A stretch of DNA of 64,000 nt from a virus, in the IMG/VR virus record IMGVR_UViG_3300029704_000004, one strand, 5' to 3'. The stretch's first letter is position 1; every line of letters begins with the position of its first letter. The translations under genes and the position numbers were made by a program. This document shows positions 61,341-64,000 of the stretch, piece after piece. Under the pieces are notes generated by a model that was given only the letters and a program-made list of their open reading frames with translations, ran no database searches and was not told the origin of the DNA.

Positions 61341-61646
61341 AACATTAATATATATTGAGATTAAACATTCAGTAACTAAAGACTTATTAAATCAAGTATA
61401 GTAATATCCAGTAAATCAGGTCAAGAGAGTAAGAATTGGACTTAAAGTCTTGTAAACAAGAGATAAAGGAGATAAAATAGATGATTAGATAAGTCGGATG
61501 AGCAACAGTAATAATAGTTGGAAGAGTAATATGATTAATAATAAGGTTAAAGTGAAAGGAAGATGAGAATAAGGAATTGTTGTAGGAATAGTTATAGCAA
61601 ATATTCTACATATACTTCCATTCACTTCAACTTTATAACAAACTCT

Positions 61647-61865
61647 TTAAATAACTCTTACTTTAACTCCAACTATATTTTCATATAATAAAGTTAATCC
61701 TTTACCATCTTCATCCATAAATGCTATACCTATGTCTCCATAAGCTACTTTATCATAACAATTATAAATCATATTATTGGTTTCAATTAATATATGAACC
61801 AATTCATCTTCTTTAAGATAATCATTATAATCTTTAACTATCTTTTGTACTAAATGTTTATTCAT
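61647..61865 (-). CDS. small protein, member of a 72-74-aa paralog trio
   Basis: Same length and pattern as 62152..62376 and 62434..62652. C-terminal YENIVGVKV compared with FDDIIGIQF and YDKIVEINV. Confidence 0.5.
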   Translation of the reverse strand: MNKHLVQKIVKDYNDYLKEDELVHILIETNNMIYNCYDKVAYGDIGIAFMDEDGKGLTLLYENIVGVKVRVI

Positions 61866-61941
61866 ATCTTTATTTGTTTAATTATTAACTCTTATTGGTG
61901 TAACAATGGCTCAAGTCTCGTTTCACTCAACTTTCGGCTTA

Positions 61942-62005
61942 ATTTATATATAAATAAATATATAATAACTGCGTTATTATATTATATATTTATTTATATA
62001 TAAAT
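61942..62005. repeat. AT-only imperfect palindrome (about 28-bp arms)
   Basis: Left arm 61942-61969, loop TGC, right arm 61973-62005 with a 5-nt TATAT bulge. Confidence 0.8.
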
Positions 62006-62044
62006 ATACGTGCGTGCGTATGCGTGTACGTGCGTGCGCGTGTA
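62004..62044. repeat. 41-nt perfectly alternating purine-pyrimidine tract (potential Z-DNA)
   Basis: ATATACGTGCGTGCGTATGCGTGTACGTGCGTGCGCGTGTA. ACGTGCGTGCG occurs twice, at 62008 and 62028. Confidence 0.85.
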
Positions 62045-62054
62045 ATTCTTAATG

Positions 62055-62150
62055 TTACACCAAATCACTATGATTTATATAATTATAAGGATATTCATAA
62101 TCATTAATATTATCATAAATATCCTCATAATCAATAGTATCTACACTCAT
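62055..62150 (-). CDS. tiny acidic Tyr-rich peptide (tentative)
   Basis: ATG at 62150 lies 1 nt after the stop of 62152..62376 (MSVDTIDYEDIYDNINDYEYPYNYINHSDLV). The longer track ORF to 62261 lies inside the upstream gene. Confidence 0.3.
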   Translation of the reverse strand: MSVDTIDYEDIYDNINDYEYPYNYINHSDLV

Positions 62151-62151
62151 G

Positions 62152-62376
62152 TTATTTTTGAAACTGAATACCAATAATATCATCAAAATTAATAGTTTCA
62201 CCATAAACGCCGCTATAAGTCCAAGACAAAACACTAATATTATCACCATCAATATTATCAATGATAGCTTTATTAACTACATATTCACCTTCACCTTTAT
62301 TAACTCTAATAGTAAGACTTTTATCATTAAAAGCCTTATAAGCTACAAGAATAGCTAAAATCATTGTTTTATCCAT
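62152..62376 (-). CDS. small protein, paralog trio member
   Basis: 74 aa. Its upstream leader AGGAGAACTATATTATG is shared with 62434..62652. Confidence 0.5.
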   Translation of the reverse strand: MDKTMILAILVAYKAFNDKSLTIRVNKGEGEYVVNKAIIDNIDGDNISVLSWTYSGVYGETINFDDIIGIQFQK

Positions 62377-62433
62377 AATATAGTTCTCCTATACTTTAAA
62401 AATTAATACTAAAATAATGAGCAGTTTTAATAC

Positions 62434-62652
62434 TTACTCAGGTACATTTCTAACATTGATTTCAACAATCTTATCATAAGCAACATAAGGTGCATATTTA
62501 TCATTACTAAAATATACACCTTTTGTATCAAAATCATTTACTTCAACATTATTATAAACATTACCATTATTTGTAACAATAGTAACATTAACACTATCAT
62601 CCTTTATAGGCATAATAGCTTCGCAAATATTCATCGCTAAATAATTATTCAT
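62434..62652 (-). CDS. small protein, paralog trio member
   Basis: 72 aa with the same leader AGGAGAACTATATTATG. Confidence 0.5.
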   Translation of the reverse strand: MNNYLAMNICEAIMPIKDDSVNVTIVTNNGNVYNNVEVNDFDTKGVYFSNDKYAPYVAYDKIVEINVRNVPE

Positions 62653-62734
62653 AATATAGTTCTCCTATTTTAAATTAATAATAAGAAAAGTCTTAAAAGT
62701 CTTATAAGGAATTTTACTAACTTTTCACTGTCGG

Positions 62735-62804
62735 GTCTTGTTTTTTTCTTGATGACCAAGTCTTGTTCTTTTCTTGATGAGCACTCTCATTTTTTTCTTG
62801 ATGA
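62735..62804. repeat. iteron-like direct repeats, cluster 1 (2.7 copies of GTCTTGTTTTTTTCTTGATGA)
   Basis: 62735-62755, 62760-62780, and a partial copy at 62790-62804. Confidence 0.8.
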
Positions 62805-62833
62805 GTTGCAAGAGTAAGAACAAAACTAACAAG

Positions 62834-62856
62834 GAGTAGAGCACTAAGCTCTACTC
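62834..62856 (-). terminator. hairpin or terminator after 62865..63410
   Basis: 9-bp stem GAGTAGAGC / GCTCTACTC with loop ACTAA. Only an interrupted T-rich tail follows on the minus strand. Confidence 0.45.
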
Positions 62857-62864
62857 TAGGTTAA

Positions 62865-63410
62865 CTACTTGTTCTCAACAGGCTTTTCAGCAACAACTTC
62901 AGTAACTTCAGCAGCAACAGTCTTGCTTGCATTAACTGCTGCAAGAACCATCGTAGGAGTCTTTGGTGCATCAAAGATGATAGCTTGATTCAAATCACAA
63001 GGCTCGATAGCTTTGATTTGATTATCATATCGTTCTCCTTTAGTCACTGCTTTAGAACCATCACTGAGTTGATATTCAGTGCCAGAAGCTTGTAATTCAC
63101 TAGTGAATGTAATCACACTGCCAAGTAGCAAATCTCTTGCTACTTCTTGGCTCATTTCATAAGGATTAATACCTGAAATGAAGTAAGAATGCAGAGGAGC
63201 AACTTCATTCACAAAATGAACGAATTGCTTCAAGGTAAACTTGATAAAGTTCACTTTAGCTTTCTCAAATGTGATTGCACCAGTTGTGGTATCAACATTA
63301 CGTTTGAAACCATCAAACATAGCATTTGTAAATATCTTGATATTCACAACACCATCAACATTAGACAACTCAACACGATTGATAACTGCTTTAATCTGTA
63401 ACATAATCAT
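62865..63410 (-). CDS. abundant-type hypothetical protein, possible paralog of 59930..60472
   Basis: 181 aa with GC-richer codon usage and an Ala/Val/Glu-rich tail. Confidence 0.6.
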   Translation of the reverse strand: MIMLQIKAVINRVELSNVDGVVNIKIFTNAMFDGFKRNVDTTTGAITFEKAKVNFIKFTLKQFVHFVNEVAPLHSYFISGINPYEMSQEVARDLLLGSVITFTSELQASGTEYQLSDGSKAVTKGERYDNQIKAIEPCDLNQAIIFDAPKTPTMVLAAVNASKTVAAEVTEVVAEKPVENK

Positions 63411-63473
63411 AAAAATTTAAATAATTATAATCAGTTGGTACACGACCAACAGCAGAAGTCCTTCTCCTGCCAA

Positions 63474-63519
63474 GTCTTGTTTTTTTCTTGATGAATTGTT
63501 CTTGTTTTTTCTTGATTGA
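63474..63519. repeat. iteron-like direct repeats, cluster 2
   Basis: 63474-63494 is identical to 62735-62755. 63498-63519 is a variant, GTTCTTGTTTTTTCTTGATTGA. Confidence 0.8.
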
Positions 63520-63542
63520 GAGAAGCATGCTTTCCTTTAGCT

Positions 63543-63560
63543 CCTTGACGGGGGAGTTCA
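63543..63560 (+). repeat. degenerate GC-rich motif relative
   Basis: CCTTGACGGGGGAGTTCA compared with CCTTTTACGGGGGGGTTCT (copy 1). Confidence 0.4.
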
Positions 63561-63600
63561 ATTCGTTATCTTAACGGCGGGGGTTGCTAGTAATACTCCC

Positions 63601-64000
63601 TCCCTCACAATTATTTATATCATATACTATATAGGTCTTTTTTATTACCTTTATCTTTTATTTTATTTCTATTTTATTCTTAGTTTTTATTTCTATTTTA
63701 TTTTTATGTTTATTTCATACGTCTCTATTACTTTTTATTTTCTTTTAAGTTTATAGTCAACTATATTTATATAATTGTGTCTATTTTATGTTTATTTTTA
63801 TTCTATTTTATTTATTATTTACTATACTTACTATATACTCCACTTTTTCTTTCATATCTTTACGTTCAATTTTATTTCTTATTTTATTTTCATTATTAGC
63901 TTTTCTCTTATTCTTATTTCATGTTTATCTCTATCTTTTCTACTATTTCATCTTTATTTCTATTTCTTTTTATTACTCTTTATTAATTTTTAGTTTTATC
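63601..64000. repeat. G-depleted, T-rich degenerate repeat field
   Basis: By my hand count about 14 G in 400 nt. TTTATTTCTATTTTATT occurs at 63662 and 63686 (24 bp apart), with degenerate copies near 63786, 63868 and 63950. The single track ORF is an all-F/L/I/Y artefact. Confidence 0.7.

Noticed and set aside
62055-62261. Full-length 68-aa track ORF overlapping 62152..62376.
   Set aside because: Its first 37 codons lie out of frame inside the upstream paralog gene and encode a poly-I/L/V/M string. Only the distal 31 codons, beginning at ATG 62150, are retained as a tentative peptide.
63775-63993. Track ORF of 72 aa on the plus strand in the T-rich repeat field.
   Set aside because: The translation is almost only F/L/I/Y/S from the T-rich repeats. 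It is a by-product of base composition, not a gene.
62735-64000. CRISPR array interpretation of the direct repeats and the T-rich repeat field.
   Set aside because: The repeats are only 21 nt, abut each other with spacers of 0-4 nt, or are degenerate low-complexity units. There are no unique spacers of regular length and no cas genes.
1-64000. Lysogeny module, DGR, retron, toxin-antitoxin or restriction-modification systems.
   Set aside because: I recognised no integrase, recombinase, reverse transcriptase, methyltransferase or nuclease-toxin signatures in any ORF. This is absence of evidence from by-eye motif reading only.

Overview
AT-rich 64-kb fragment that reads as a crAss-like (Crassvirales-type) phage of a Bacteroidota host, assigned from gene content and promoter style, not from a database search. 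It has two convergent arms. The plus arm (1-31831) holds six very large virion or ejected-protein genes. These include a 4469-aa protein with a DFDID two-barrel RNA polymerase signature and a 2338-aa protein with an HExxH zincin motif. A tRNA-Gln(UUG) and about 700 nt of structured non-coding DNA sit at the junction (32027-32794). The minus arm (32795-63410) holds about 55 tightly packed replication, nucleotide-metabolism and small genes. Recognisable ones are dUTPase, ThyX, a DUF1599-like protein, ATP-dependent DNA ligase, a Toprim primase, SSB, a RecT-like protein, a UDG-like protein and an SF1 helicase. A family-B DNA polymerase is split inside motif A by a group I intron carrying a GIY-YIG homing endonuclease. 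Promoters match the Bacteroidetes TAnnTTTG type and several intrinsic terminators are visible. No in-frame stop recoding, integrase, CRISPR array or reverse transcriptase was seen. The standout observation is a dispersed 26-nt GC-rich motif, consensus CATACCTTTTACGGGGSGGCTAGAAC, with at least 17 strong copies. Copies lie inside unrelated genes in all reading frames, on both strands in nearly alternating orientation, and as inverted hairpin pairs in intergenic spacers. I cannot match it to any described element. Other unusual DNA lies at the right end: an AT-rich palindrome abutting a 41-nt perfectly alternating purine-pyrimidine tract, iteron-like 21-nt direct repeats, and a 400-nt G-depleted T-rich repeat field. 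All calls come from reading the sequence and ORF track by eye, with no searches or statistics run.
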